From: Octopus vulgaris
Taxonomy: Eukaryota
DNA: 64,000 nucleotides
Reading direction: 5' to 3'
NCBI GenBank assembly: GCA_951406725.2
Contig: OX597819.1
Location: forward strand, 98,704,001 to 98,768,000
In this document: piece by piece, positions 40,799-54,110 of the stretch
Layout of the letters: each line of letters opens with the position of its first letter
Position numbering within the stretch: position 1 is the first letter of the stretch
Notes under the pieces: generated by a model
The model's input: only the letters and a program-made list of their open reading frames with translations
What the model was told of the DNA's origin: nothing
The model's database searches: none
Translations under genes and position numbers: made by a program

Positions 40799-41443
40799 CA
40801 CACATATATAGAAACATAAATGTATACACACGAACATGCGTACACATATATATACTCACTAATACACATAATATAAAATAACCTATAACAAGTATACATT
40901 TTTTGTAAATTTTTATTCTACAAATATTTGTTCTAGAAAAACTCACCATTAATATATAAAAATGCCAACGTTTTTATCTCCTCCTAATTAAAATATATTT
41001 TCTCCTAATATAAAATACCTACAATTAACTTCCAATTTCAATGAACGTCCTTAATATATTTGTTGTCCCTAAATCTCCAACTCTCCTAAATGTTGAATGT
41101 GACCATTAGCAGTAAGCAATAGTTCTGCAGTATAGGCAACCAGCACGTTGTCTATCCGTCTACATAACAAACCTTTCAACTTTGACGTGATGACGTCATG
41201 GTGCCTACCAAACCAAATATCGCAGTACAATTCACTTCAACCATTATAGCAGCTCTGTATATCAATATTGCTTCCTTATCGCCTATTCATTCCTACTCCT
41301 ACTCACTTTCTACCTCCTACTACCATTCTTCATATAATATTTACACTGCCGTGTTCTCAGCTCAGTGATAGCCAATTTTCAATATATTTATTTATTCGGT
41401 TTGGGTCCCCGCCACAAAATGAAGTCTGTGTGTTTATGTGTAT

Positions 41444-41474
<31 letters not shown>

Positions 41475-41547
41475 CGCGCACATATATTGAGTATTGTTTT
41501 GAACTTCTCGCCTATACGTGTATGTATTTATTTATTCATACATGTAT

Positions 41548-41596
<49 letters not shown>

Positions 41597-41621
41597 TATA
41601 CATATATATATATAGACATAC

Positions 41622-41671
<50 letters not shown>

Positions 41672-42955
41672 GTATGTATACATACATCTCTACATTTATA
41701 TATATACATACATATATATATATGTATATATTTATACGCACATATATATATACGCATATATATATATATTGGCACATATATATATACATATGTATATATA
41801 GACATACATATATATATATATGTATACATACATATCTACATTTATATATATATACATATATATACACATATATATACACACGCATATATATATATATATA
41901 TATATATTGACACATATATATATATGTGTGTGTTTGTGTATATGTGCGTGAGTTTGTGCGTGTGTGATTGTGTGTGCGTTTATCAACACAAACCTATATA
42001 CTTAGATACTAACACATATGTCGATGGACCTGCGGAGGGTTATGGTCAACAAAGAATAGGCATGACCACCCAAAGGTTCTAATTTCTTAAGAGCAATTAA
42101 TAATACACTAAAAGCAAAAGAACTTCTGTTGGGGAATGTTTCCAAATTTGCCTCAAAGGTCTGACTAAGAGATGCAAGTAGTTCTGAAGGATAGACTTGT
42201 CTTTTCAGGCGAGGTGGTATTACATTATAGTTTGTACACACTGGTATTTTTTTTTTATCTAATGCTGTTTCAAGTAGAATGGGGGAGATTCGCGCACTAT
42301 TCAAATTGTGAGAGAAATGAGTCATGAAGAAGAGTTGTTGTCAATATGTAAAATCAAACAATTCCAAGTGCAATTGAAATAAAAAATGTAGAATACCTAA
42401 TGCGCTGGATTAACACATCAGTACGCACGAACTATTCGTGTCTCCAAGAGAAAAAAAGTATCTGGGAGAATAAAGAAAAACGGCAGTGAAGAGGATGTGT
42501 GTGTAAAATAAGTGTGGCTACTTTTAGACTTTCTCAGAAGGTTTTCCATTAAAATTAGGAGCATATGGATAACTATAAGTGCGTAACTCTGTTTTGGCGG
42601 TATTTGTAATTGAATTTTTCTCTTTAAAAATAATGCTCATTAACATAAATGAAGAACGATAAAATAGGGCGGGAAGACTGTGCTCCTGGAAACTAAAGAC
42701 TGATTGGTTTCCAAAACATCGTCTACTAAAAGTGAAATAGTGTGCGAATATACAATCATGCATAAATACATGAAACGTATGTACACATTACACACCAAAA
42801 CGCACACACATATAGAACGCTTATATTTATGTGCATATGTATGTACAAATACATATTCACAAGCATACACAAAATCCTATGTGTTCGTGCTCAAAGCTGT
42901 AACAAGAAATAAATTGACTTTTAAGCTTCTGTATGTCTGAATGTATTTATGTACG

Positions 42956-42986
<31 letters not shown>

Positions 42987-43016
42987 GCACACACATACAC
43001 ACACATATACATATAT

Positions 43017-43047
<31 letters not shown>

Positions 43048-43190
43048 CATATATATACATGTGAATATATATATGTATGTATGTATATATACATACATAC
43101 ATATATATACATGTGTATATATATATATATATGTGTGTGTGTATATATATATGTATATATATATATGTATATATATGTATGTATGTATAT

Positions 43191-43235
<45 letters not shown>

Positions 43236-43477
43236 TATATTCATTATATATTAGTTATTCTATTGAATCGGGTACGCGATTTGCATAAATAACGCATTCG
43301 TGGCCTTTAGTGCGACTTATAAACTACGGAGAGGTTATTGGTGTTCATTTTTCATAGTTTGATATATTACGTAATAAACGTATAGATTTTTGTTGTGACT
43401 GCTGGCGTAAGTTATTTATAACAAGTTAAATATATTAGACGGTCTTCTTTGCTTTTTTCCTAATGATAATCTTTTTT

Positions 43478-43925
43478 AATCTAGGAATAAGACCTGGAAT
43501 TTTGAGGGCAAGGGGCTAGTCGATTACATCGACCCCAATGCTCAACTGGTATTTATTTCATCGACCCCGAAAGGATGAAAAGCAAAATCAAATTCGGCAG
43601 AACTTGAACTCAAATTCGGACGAAATGTTGCTCAGCATTTTTCCCGGTGTGCTAACGATTCTGCCACCTCGCTACGGTAGATGATGATAATGACAACGAT
43701 GGTTATAATGATGATAATTTCAAATCTTGGCACAAGATGCAGCTATTTTAATGAAGAGGGCCAAATCGATTACATTGGCCCATGTACTTAACCGGTACTT
43801 GATTTATATCAATCCCGAAGCGATGAAAGGCAATGTTAGCCAACGCAGAACTTGAACTCACAACGTAAAGAGCTAGAAGAAATGTCCCAAAGCATTTTGC
43901 CCTGTATGCTAATGATTCTGTCGGT
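43478..43925 (-). mobile_element. Two diverged SINE family A copies
   Basis: gtcgattacatcgacccc...gaaaggatgaaa...gaactca, present twice. Confidence 0.7.
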
Positions 43926-43970
43926 AATACCTGAGGTCTTAGGCATACCAGACATATTATTAAGTATACA

Positions 43971-44709
43971 AATTGCAGCACAAGACCAAAGCCTCCCCAC
44001 CAGAAATTACCAAAAACATGTAATGAAAAGAAATATTACAAGTAACTGCAGAATATGTGGAGATGGACAAGAAACAATAAATCATATTATCTCTAGCTGC
44101 CCAGTCCTGGCTAAGAAGGAATATATTCACAGACATGACAGAGTTGGAACCTACATACATTGGAAGCTATGCCAACATTATGGAATAACAACAGAAAAAA
44201 GATGGTATAGGCACACACCAGAAAAGGTCACAGAAAACGAGAAAGCAACCATACTCTGGGATATGCCGATACACACAGATAGAGAAATTAAGGCCAACAG
44301 ACCAGATATAGTTGTCAGAGATCATGAAGAAAAAAATGCTTTCTAATTGATGTATCAATACCGGCAGATGACAACGTGTCTCTAAAAGAAATGGAGAAAC
44401 TCTCAAAATACAAAGACCTGGAAATAGAGGTAACTAGAATGTGGAATCTGAAAACAGAAACAATTCCTATCATAGTAGGTGCATTAGGCATGATAAAAAA
44501 ATATTCAGACAAATACATAACAAAAACACCAGGACTTACAAACACATATAACATACAGAAAATTGCACTACTAGGCACTGCACACATCCTACGCAAAACA
44601 CTTTCCATACAATAACCATCAGAGCATCACAACAAATCACAGCACATACCCAAGGCACACAGAGCTGCGCTCGGTAGTGAAGTGAAAGCACGCTATAAAA
44701 ATAAAACTA

Positions 44710-44781
<72 letters not shown>
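43971..44781 (+). mobile_element. Young 5'-truncated R4/Dong-like non-LTR retrotransposon (CCHC knuckle + restriction-like endonuclease), (AAT)n tail
   Basis: CRICGDGQETINHIISSC (CCHC), RHD, ANRPDIVV, then after one frameshift in an A-run (~44336) CFLIDVSIP...EKLSKYKDL...LRKTLSIQ* (stop 44615). About 100 nt of 3' UTR, then (AAT)n. Confidence 0.92.
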
Positions 44782-44783
<2 letters not shown>

Positions 44784-45324
44784 GGGTTTCTTTATTAGCC
44801 ACAAGGGTTTACAGTAAGATGCTTTTAGGGTATGTGCCTCTCAACAAAACCAATAGCTCACAGACAGAATTAAACTGTTGCAAGCTCTTTCTTAGAGCAA
44901 ATATAGACCGCCCGACTTTGCTTAACATTTCTCTAGTTCCCCACCAATATCTTCTGTGTCTTGCAATAATTTAAACTTAACCGAACATTCCATATTTGTT
45001 CTCATATATTAAACAGCTACTAATTCTCTCTACAGTGAAGGAAATATTTCCACAAACAAACACGAACTGCCAATTATGTTCCTCGGTTGTTCTTATTCCA
45101 TTCCATTTAGTCGTTAATATATTCAAGAGACACTCGGACGCCACAATTTCTAATTTCCTTTTCCAATTTCTCTTAGTTTATGAATTTAATGCTGAATATC
45201 ATCAATGGAGATGATGACAATCTACAGCATGATATATACTTGTCACACAACGTGGTCTTCCGTGTTTTACTAATGACTCAATATCTTACTTACAATAAAA
45301 TACCAAACAACAGAATCTTATCTG

Positions 45325-45509
45325 CTTCTTTTACCTGTTTCAGCCATTAGGCTAATGGCGTGCTGCGACACCGCTTGTCGGGTTTAGTCGAACAAATTGA
45401 CTCCAGCATTTATTTTTTAAACTTAGGACTTATTCTATCAGTGTTATTTGCCGAGTCACGACGTTACGGGTTGTCAACCACAGGTAGGAAGACAAATCGC
45501 ACACACAAA

Positions 45510-45573
<64 letters not shown>

Positions 45574-45786
45574 TACACACACACATATATACATTTCCAC
45601 CCATCCATATATATATATATTTTTTCTTTTATTCTTTTATTTGTTTCAGTCATTTGACTGCGGCCATGTTGGATCACTACTTTTAGTCGAATAAATTGAC
45701 ACTGGGACTTATTCAACCTCTCTCTTTGCCGAACACTTTAAGATCGGTTGCCAAGCGATGGTGGAGTGACCAACACAGACACAGAC

Positions 45787-45852
<66 letters not shown>

Positions 45853-46010
45853 CGGCTTCTTTCAGTTTCCGTCTACCAAATACACTCACAAGGCTACGGT
45901 CGACTTGAAGCTGTAGTAGAAAACACTTGCCCAAGGTTCCACGCAGTGGGACTGAATCAGAAACCATGTGGTTGGGAAGCAAGGTTCTTACCACACAGCC
46001 ACTCCTGCGT
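45325..46010 (-). mobile_element. SINE family B copies (partial 45325-45520; near-full 45632-46010)
   Basis: Homology to 7481-7906. Confidence 0.8.
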
Positions 46011-46049
46011 ATATATATATATATATATATATATAAATATACCTTCTTC

Positions 46050-46245
46050 TGTAAGCACAAAGTCTAACATTTTGGGAAGGGCTAGTCACTTACATCAACC
46101 CCAGGGCTTGACTCGTACTCTTTTTATCGGCACAGAAAGGATGAAAGGCCAATTCGATCTCATGGAATTTGAACTTGGAATGTAAAGACGGACGAAATAA
46201 TCCTAAGTGTTCAGTTCGGCGTGCTACTGACTGTGTCAGTTCACA
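46050..46245 (-). mobile_element. Diverged SINE family A
   Basis: gaaaggatgaaaggcc...ggaatttgaact...gacgaaat. Confidence 0.65.
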
Positions 46246-46349
46246 CGCACACACACACACACACTCACATCAAATGGATGTGCTATAAAACTATTCTGCA
46301 CATAAAATAACAGCCATACCAAAAATGCAACATACCTCCAAACAAAAAA

Positions 46350-46570
46350 AAAAAAAAACGGAGAAAAAACGGGCAACAACAAAAAAAACCAACAACGCAA
46401 GGACGTGGTACATGCAAAGTATTAATAAGACGCTCAGGGAAGGAAAGAAAGGGTGTTTTACGTTTCGAGCAAAGCTCTTCTTCAGGAACTAGAGACAGAG
46501 AAAAGTTCAAGAGAAAAGGAAGACGGAGGAAAAACCGACCACAGTCTACATGTGGTTACATTTTGGAACG
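46350..46570 (-). mobile_element. PLE pseudo-LTR fragment
   Basis: Carries a canonical minimal HHR. The tail is related to the 39.3 kb and 12.4 kb fragments. Confidence 0.7.
46455..46489 (-). ncRNA. Minimal type I hammerhead ribozyme
   Basis: Reverse complement GTTC-CTGAAGA-A-GAGC-TTT-GCTC-GAAA-CG-TA-AAAC, with loopless palindromic stem III ACGT and triplet GUA. Confidence 0.8.
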
Positions 46571-46644
46571 TGTGTGTGTATATGTATGTACGTATGTATG
46601 TATGTATGTATGTATGTATGTATGTATGTATGTATGTATGTATG

Positions 46645-46801
46645 TCAATACAGTTTTCGTCTACGAAATTCACTGGCAAGCCATTGGTCGGTCCGGAGCT
46701 ATAGTAGAGGACACTTAACCAAAGTGCTATGCAGTTGGACTAAACTAGAAACAACGTGGAAACAAAGCGTGCTTCGTAAGCACACAGCCAAGCCGGTGCC
46801 C
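46645..46801 (-). mobile_element. SINE family B 5' half, old
   Basis: cagttttcgtctacgaaattcactggcaagccattggtcggtccggagctatagtagaggacactt homology. Confidence 0.6.
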
Positions 46802-47110
46802 AAAACGTAGACTTTCTTGACGGAAGATCTCACAGTCAGCACGAGGTTGTCTGCTCTGGAATATGTATCCTATAATTACAGGTCAGCTGTTATTTGATGC
46901 TCCACTGGGTATAATTTGAAGATTTTCAAGGATTATAAGAATGTTTATTCGTAGAAAGTTTTATCCTGGAACATTTACGTACCTTTGGGATTTACCCATC
47001 TCAATGCAATCTGTACTTTCTCTGTACCTGTCTGTTTATAAAAAAAATTCTATCTACGAGTATGTATGTATATATGTGCGCATGTATCTATCTATCAGTC
47101 TGCCTGTCTG

Positions 47111-47195
<85 letters not shown>

Positions 47196-47299
47196 ACGAA
47201 TGCTTGTGTGTATGACAATTATTATATGCAAATATATTTATGCATGTATGCCTGTATCTCTCTTGTCTCTCTTTCTCTCTCTCTCTAACTCTCTCTTTC

Positions 47300-47340
<41 letters not shown>

Positions 47341-47442
47341 TCGGGGTGAGTACTTGATAATTATAAGCACCTGTGTATACCGTTTGGTGGTGTAGGTGGT
47401 GGAGTAAATTGATCAAAATAAAAACATGAAGCGAAGGATTCA

Positions 47443-47520
47443 GCGGTACATATGTTTCGGGCCTTTATTAGACAGATTTATAACAATGCATAATGTATGT
47501 CTGTGGCCTTCTTCAGCCGC
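47443..47520 (-). ncRNA. Type I hammerhead ribozyme (mirror copy)
   Basis: Exact reverse complement of 47796-47873. Confidence 0.88.
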
Positions 47521-47795
47521 GCACAATAGCTTCCACAAGGACATGTGTTACATCAAAAATTCTTGGTTGGGGATGCAAATCCTCTCATTCGCGTACGACA
47601 TAATGCGGCAGCAGCATAGAATTGAAGCGTCCATCTCTTTCTTCTCTCAATGTAGAATCTACATTGAGAGAAGAAAGAGATGCATCCATTTCAATTCTAT
47701 GCTGCTGCCGCATTATGTCGTACGCGAATGAGAGGATTTGCATCCCCAACCAAGAATTTTTGATGTAACACATGTCCTTGTGGAAGCTGTTGTGC

Positions 47796-47873
47796 GCGGC
47801 TGAAGAAGGCCACAGACATACATTATGCATTGTTATAAATCTGTCTAATAAAGGCCCGAAACATATGTACCGC
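47796..47873 (+). ncRNA. Type I hammerhead ribozyme with extended stem II
   Basis: Stem I GCGG/CCGC; CTGAAGA; (A)GGCC...GGCC(C) enclosing ACAGA/TCTGT; GAAA; palindromic stem III ACATATGT; triplet GUA ending at 47869. Confidence 0.88.
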
Positions 47874-47904
47874 TGAATCCTTCGCTTCATGTTTTTATTT
47901 TGAT

Positions 47905-47983
<79 letters not shown>

Positions 47984-48518
47984 AAACACAGAGAGATAAT
48001 ACGTACATGCACACAAGAGAGAGACGAAGAGAGAGAGAGAGATGAAGAGAGAGAGAGAGAGATGAAAAGAGAGAGAGATAGAAAGAGAGAGAGAGAAGAG
48101 AGACACAGAGAGATAATACATATATGCACACATACATACATAAATATATATGCATATATATATAGTTACAGTCATATATATATATATATATATATATATA
48201 ATGCACTGAAATACCACCATCGTCATAATGTTGACCACCAACTGCAAACAGAATTCTGTAAGAGGCATTTTGTATATAATGTGAAAATGACTTCGAATAT
48301 TTGGTGTTTATTACATATCACTATAATTTGGTAACTTAGAAATTGACGTGACAGGTTTTCTAAGGTTTGCAACTTTTTATAGACTTTTATAGAAAACATT
48401 AAATGAGAATGAACCAGCTGCTGGAAGCGTTTTGTATACTGGAATAGCTTGTCAATAAATGTTATTTATATACAATGCATTATATATGTATGTATGTTCT
48501 ATTTATATTCATGTACAC

Positions 48519-48587
<69 letters not shown>

Positions 48588-48874
48588 CACACATATACAG
48601 ACACGCATATATATATGAATGTGTGTATGTGCAAGAGTGTGCGTGTACATATGTATGGTTGTATGGGAGAGAGAATGGATTAAGTGAGAGAGAGAGAGAG
48701 AAAGAGAGAGAGGGGGAAATAAAGGGTGAAAAAAGGAGATAAAGAAACTGATAGATGACAGACAGGTGCGTATGCATCATTTGTGTACATATTTATAAAT
48801 TTATATATTTATATATACATATATATTTATATATACATACATTTCAAAAATATATTGTGTATTTTGTCTATCTT

Positions 48875-48934
<60 letters not shown>

Positions 48935-50393
48935 AAATTATTATAATTATAAACATAATTATAATTAGGGTTTAGCAAAATTGTTTCACTACATACCGAA
49001 ATTTAGAAATAGCAGTTAAATACTATTCTACTACCATAAGATATCACCCAGACAGCAATACTCTCAACTCACACAGGCAAAGAGAGAGAAACCAAAAAAA
49101 AAACAAAAAAAAAAAACGAATCCACCCGACTTAGATTAACTATATACGCGTTTCTGTCCTATCTATCTAGACATATAATGTGGACAGAAATTCGCAATTA
49201 CAGGCATATGTGTGAGTATGTATGTGTATATTCCTGTACTTCCAGTTCAATATACTGTGTAATTCAATACAAGACGTTGCAATAACTCACTAGTTCTACT
49301 AGTTCTACTGATACAGTAAAAATTGTGAACAGTTATAATACCTTATATACAACCGTATATCGATACGACAGGCTGCTGCGGTCGCAATATTGGTTGTACT
49401 CTAACAGTCATTGCCAGTTAGTCTGATAGCACTGCTGCCAATAATTCACACTAATATATATTCTTTAGTAGGTAGGTATAATCTTTTAAATTGCTGCTTT
49501 CTCAAAAAAAAAAAAAAAGAAATTTTGTTGAAGGAATTAGCTTTTTATGTAATAAAAATATTAGGAAAAATAAAACCCGCCCCAGCTATCTGAATATCTA
49601 AATGAAATTTTCAAATGTGTTCTGAACACGGGTTTCATAAATTTACGAATTGAATCGAACAAAGTTCATGAAAATCAAACGTCACCTAGGGATATTAGTG
49701 GTTTAACTGAATCAAAATACGACCAAGTAGGAATCGAAACCATGACTTAGAGGTGGCTTGTTGGTATCTCTCATTCTAAAGCCTACCGGCCGTGACCTCG
49801 ATTTCATATTTTAGAAAGAAACTGGTTAAATAGCACATGTTCATAGATTATCCTTGGCAAAGTGAAGTGGTGTTGGTGGTGGAAAAGGCTATCTTCACTT
49901 GATACCTACAATGTCGATTCGCGCTTATGTAAGAAGCAACATTACTACAAGCGCCTAAAAGTCATGTAAGTTAATATGATAGTAAACTACTAGCAACAAC
50001 TAGTGTAGTAGTGAGATAGCGCAGGCAGCTATAGAGCTACAAACAGAAATACTACACACGACACGCATGGCTAAGCGGTACAGAAATCCATTTTGTAAAT
50101 GCATGGTTTCAGGTTCGTTTCTACAGCTCGGAGCCACGAGCAAGTGGTTTATACCATAAATTTCTCTCGTTCAAAGGCTGTGTTTAGTTGATAGAGGCGG
50201 TGCGGAATCCTGTTCGAGAGATCTTTCCTTTTCGTGGAAGTGGAATTAATAACTTGTCTGCTTTATTACAACGTTATGTACCTTGGGTGCATTTAGCAGA
50301 ATTCAATTTGCTGCAAGTATTCGAACTGGTGAGGGATCTGATGGTGTATTGGATATATACATACCTGCATACATACATACATACATACATACA

Positions 50394-50427
<34 letters not shown>

Positions 50428-50506
50428 CATACATATGCATACGTACATATATATATGTGTATATATGGCTATATATTTGCATGTATATATATACATATAT
50501 ACATAC

Positions 50507-50559
<53 letters not shown>

Positions 50560-50785
50560 TGTGTATATACTTTGAAATGACTAAACACGAACTACTATCG
50601 AAACTTACATATCATGTACAGGAAACTTTTTTTTACCACTTCTATACGCCACTTTACTCGAATAATGGAACTGCAACTACAGTATTTTATGTATTATTTC
50701 TACTTTCATTCTCTTATTTTCTCTATCTCCCACTTTTCCATAATTATTCCTTATTTCGAACTCAAACATTTACCTCTCTCACATC

Positions 50786-50833
50786 GTCTTTGATGAAAGG
50801 ATATCCATAATATCCCAGAAATAGCTGCAAGAC
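50786..50833 (+). ncRNA. Decayed hammerhead ribozyme (PLE remnant)
   Basis: GTCT-TTGATGA-aaGGATAT-ccata-ATATCC-ca-GAAA-TAGCTG-CA-AGAC. Three transitions restore CTGATGA...GAAACAGCTGTA. Confidence 0.6.
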
Positions 50834-50897
50834 TATATCTCTTTCTTTATAAACGTCCTCACAGTCTTGGCTTTGTTATCTGCTCTTGTCTAATATA

Positions 50898-51307
50898 CAG
50901 GGGTTGGACAAAATAATGGAAACACCGAGCATCATAGCATCATAATTGAAAAAGCACCAAATTCATACAGCTAAAGTTGTTGCTGAATGGCACAAGGAAC
51001 ATTCTAGTGAAGTTGAACATCTTATCTGGCCACCACAGTCCCCAGATCTCAATATTATTGAACATTTATGGGTGCATTTTAGAAAAACAAGTAACGAGTT
51101 GATATCCTCCACCATCAACACTACAAGAACCGGAGACTGTTTTAGCTGAAGAATGGACAAAGATTCCTTTGGAAACAATTCAAACTTTGTACGAGTCCAT
51201 ACCTCGTAGAATTCAAGCTGTAATTACTGCCAAAGGCGGTCCTACCCCATATAAAAATAAATTTGTTTGAAATTTTAAGGTGTTTCCATTATTTTGTCGA
51301 ACCCTTG
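50898..51307 (+). mobile_element. Internally deleted Tc1 DNA transposon
   Basis: 29-bp TIRs CAGGGGTTGGACAAAATAATGGAAACACC (2 mismatches), TA on the left. Residual transposase APIHTAK...WPPQSPDLNIIEHLW...SIPRRIQAVITAKGGPTPY. Confidence 0.92.
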
Positions 51308-52852
51308 CATATATATATGCAAGCATGCATGTGTGCACGTGTATCCTCAATGCTACATTTATGTGGATGCGTGTATATATATAACATTAATTGATAAGAC
51401 TATCATCTCCAGCTTCCACAAAATACTATGATTAAATACGGAAGCTTTATTGATAACAAACTTTAGACCAAAAGTTAACTCTGACTCAGCAACACGTGAA
51501 GAGAAAAAAGAGTTACTATTGAATAATTTAAAACTCGGCGTGAAGATTTTATTACTAGTGGTATCATGCAGGCCATCTGGGACTGATTATGGAACAATGA
51601 GTTACTACATTCAAGTATATGTCTGTTCTGGGTGATCACAATAGAGTAGACAACATTAATTGCGCCTAAATTAATTCCTAATTGGAAACAGTTATTACTT
51701 CTAGTTTTTGCCTGTCCGACGACACTCAAAAGATAGAGGTGAAAGAGAAAACAATTGTAAAATCTACATTTTCAAAGTGCGTACTGTGGTACGGAACCAA
51801 AGAATTGTGAAACGAACCTGTTAATGAGACAAACGTGCCTGTTGTTTTTCGTGCCTTATCTTATCGTGCATCCATTTCAAACTTTAAGCCATTCATTGGC
51901 AGATCTGTAGTATCAAAAACTTAATTCTGGTTCACAACTGCCACAAGTGTATTAACATGTAAAAACTCCATCCGACCCTCAACCACAAATGACCTCACTA
52001 TTCTGATCTCACAAGAGCCTTGTTCACTACTTAGTCAAAGGTTCTCCTGGATATGGTTACTGGTCCCCCATCACATACTGGAATATTTATTTTTGATAAA
52101 AAAATAAATGACTAAGATGTGTACGTTTATACTTAACGTGTTCTTGCACACGAGAACATGAAAGATATTCGCTGCGAGTGTTTGATTCGGATTAAAATTT
52201 CTCTCTACATGAGAAAGTTCAGCATCCACCAGCAAATACAGTGATTGCTCTTTTCTATATACAAAAGATCCGGTTTAGTTCCAAGTGGTCGAGGCTGTAA
52301 CTGTAATTGAAAAGACAAAATTAAGTTGAAACACCGTATTAGGTAGCATGCTGAAATAATTTGGACTTCGAATCGATGCCTTTTTACATAAAGTCTATAG
52401 AAAAAACTTTTTTCCAGAAAAAGTCCCGCAGCTAATGCTTTTCACATTCTACTATAGCAGAACGTGGTAACTATAAATGTACACAGCAATATATTGACCC
52501 TTGTTACTTCGTGTGTTTGTACCAAAGACGATTTTAAGTAGTACATCATATATGGTTTCAATAGAAGCGACTAGCCGAGTGGTTAGTATGTTTGGTTCAC
52601 GATCATAGTGTCGTGAGCTCAATCTCTGGAGTAGCCGGTTCTTTGTGTCCTTCAGCAAGGAACATTGAATCAGTCTATTCAGTAGAAAGTATGTACCAGC
52701 TAGTCTTGAAGAAAATGATGACCGTCTGAGTACTGGTGCAGCTCTTCCACCCTTTAGTTGTTTCATTCTGAATGTACCACTGAATGTGCCAAAGTTTGGG
52801 ATGGTTGAAAGGGTGTCTATGTCTACTTGCGACGACATAGGCACCTTAAAGT

Positions 52853-53320
52853 ATGGCAGAAACGTTAGCACGCCGGGCGAAATGCTTAGCGGTATTTCGT
52901 CTGTCTTTACGTTTTGAGTTCAAATTCCGCCGAGGTCGACTTTGCCTTTCATCCGTTCGGGTCGATAAATTAAGTACCAGCTGCGTACTGGGGTCAATCT
53001 AATCGACTGGCCCTCACCCAAAAATTTTGGGTCTTGTGCTCAGAGTAGAAAAAAAAAACAAAAAGAAAGTATTAGCGAAAGAATGGTGCGTATTATGAAG
53101 CCTTTCTCCTTTGCAAGTAACAACTGTTGCTATTTAATTATTAGATAATACTACTTTAGATTAAGGCAGCGATTACTCTTTAGCCATAAGAGTGTCGGGT
53201 GAAATGACTTACAATATCCTTTGTGGCTCTCTGCATTCTGAGTTCAAATCTCAACAAAGTGAACTTTGTCTTTCATCCCTTGGGGGTGGGGTAGGGGGTC
53301 AATAAAATAAATACTAGTTC
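52853..53320 (+). mobile_element. SINE family A (52853-53050) plus an older copy (53163-53320)
   Basis: tggcagaaacgttagcacgccgggcgaaatgcttagcggtatttcg...cagagtagaaaa. Confidence 0.8.
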
Positions 53321-53493
53321 TATACATACATACTTACATGCATACATAGATACATGCATACATATGTATATATGTATTCATACATACACGCACACACATA
53401 CATATATGAACAGGAGTATATGTGTGTGTGTGTGTGTGTGTGTGGCCTATGAAAGGCGAGAAGAACTATATTTTAAACACATGCACACACATA

Positions 53494-53556
<63 letters not shown>

Positions 53557-53802
53557 TTGTGTATGTACGTAGACGCTGAGTTAAACAGATGGAAACATAG
53601 TTCTGGCAAAGTTCTTGCAAATCAGAAGGGAGGAAGTTGGATGAAATAATAAAACCCCAACAATGATAAAAGGCACAAAACAGCAAGAACAACGAAAAAA
53701 AACCTGTTGTTTGGAAAATAGAATAACACATTAGATGATAAGTTGTGCGTAATAACTGAAAGTAGGACTAATTAGAGGAGGGAAACAATAATTGATGGAT
53801 GC

Positions 53803-53850
<48 letters not shown>

Positions 53851-53885
53851 CATATATGTACATAAGCATATCAAACATATATATG

Positions 53886-54016
<131 letters not shown>

Positions 54017-54073
54017 GTGTGTGTTTGTGTGTGTGTGTGAATATACTTTTATATTTATAACTACTTGTAAGTA

Positions 54074-54110
<37 letters not shown>

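Larger units (their letters stand above)
47336..47908 (-). mobile_element. Palindromic PLE-terminus insert in (TA)n: 500-bp hairpin (47408-47908, centre 47657) plus a 72-nt tail on one side
   Basis: The arms are nearly exact reverse complements with a 1-nt spacer. HHR in each arm; (TA)n both sides. Confidence 0.9.

Noticed and set aside
52452-52871. 139-aa minus ORF
   Set aside because: Spans SINE heads at both ends and has no recognisable domain.
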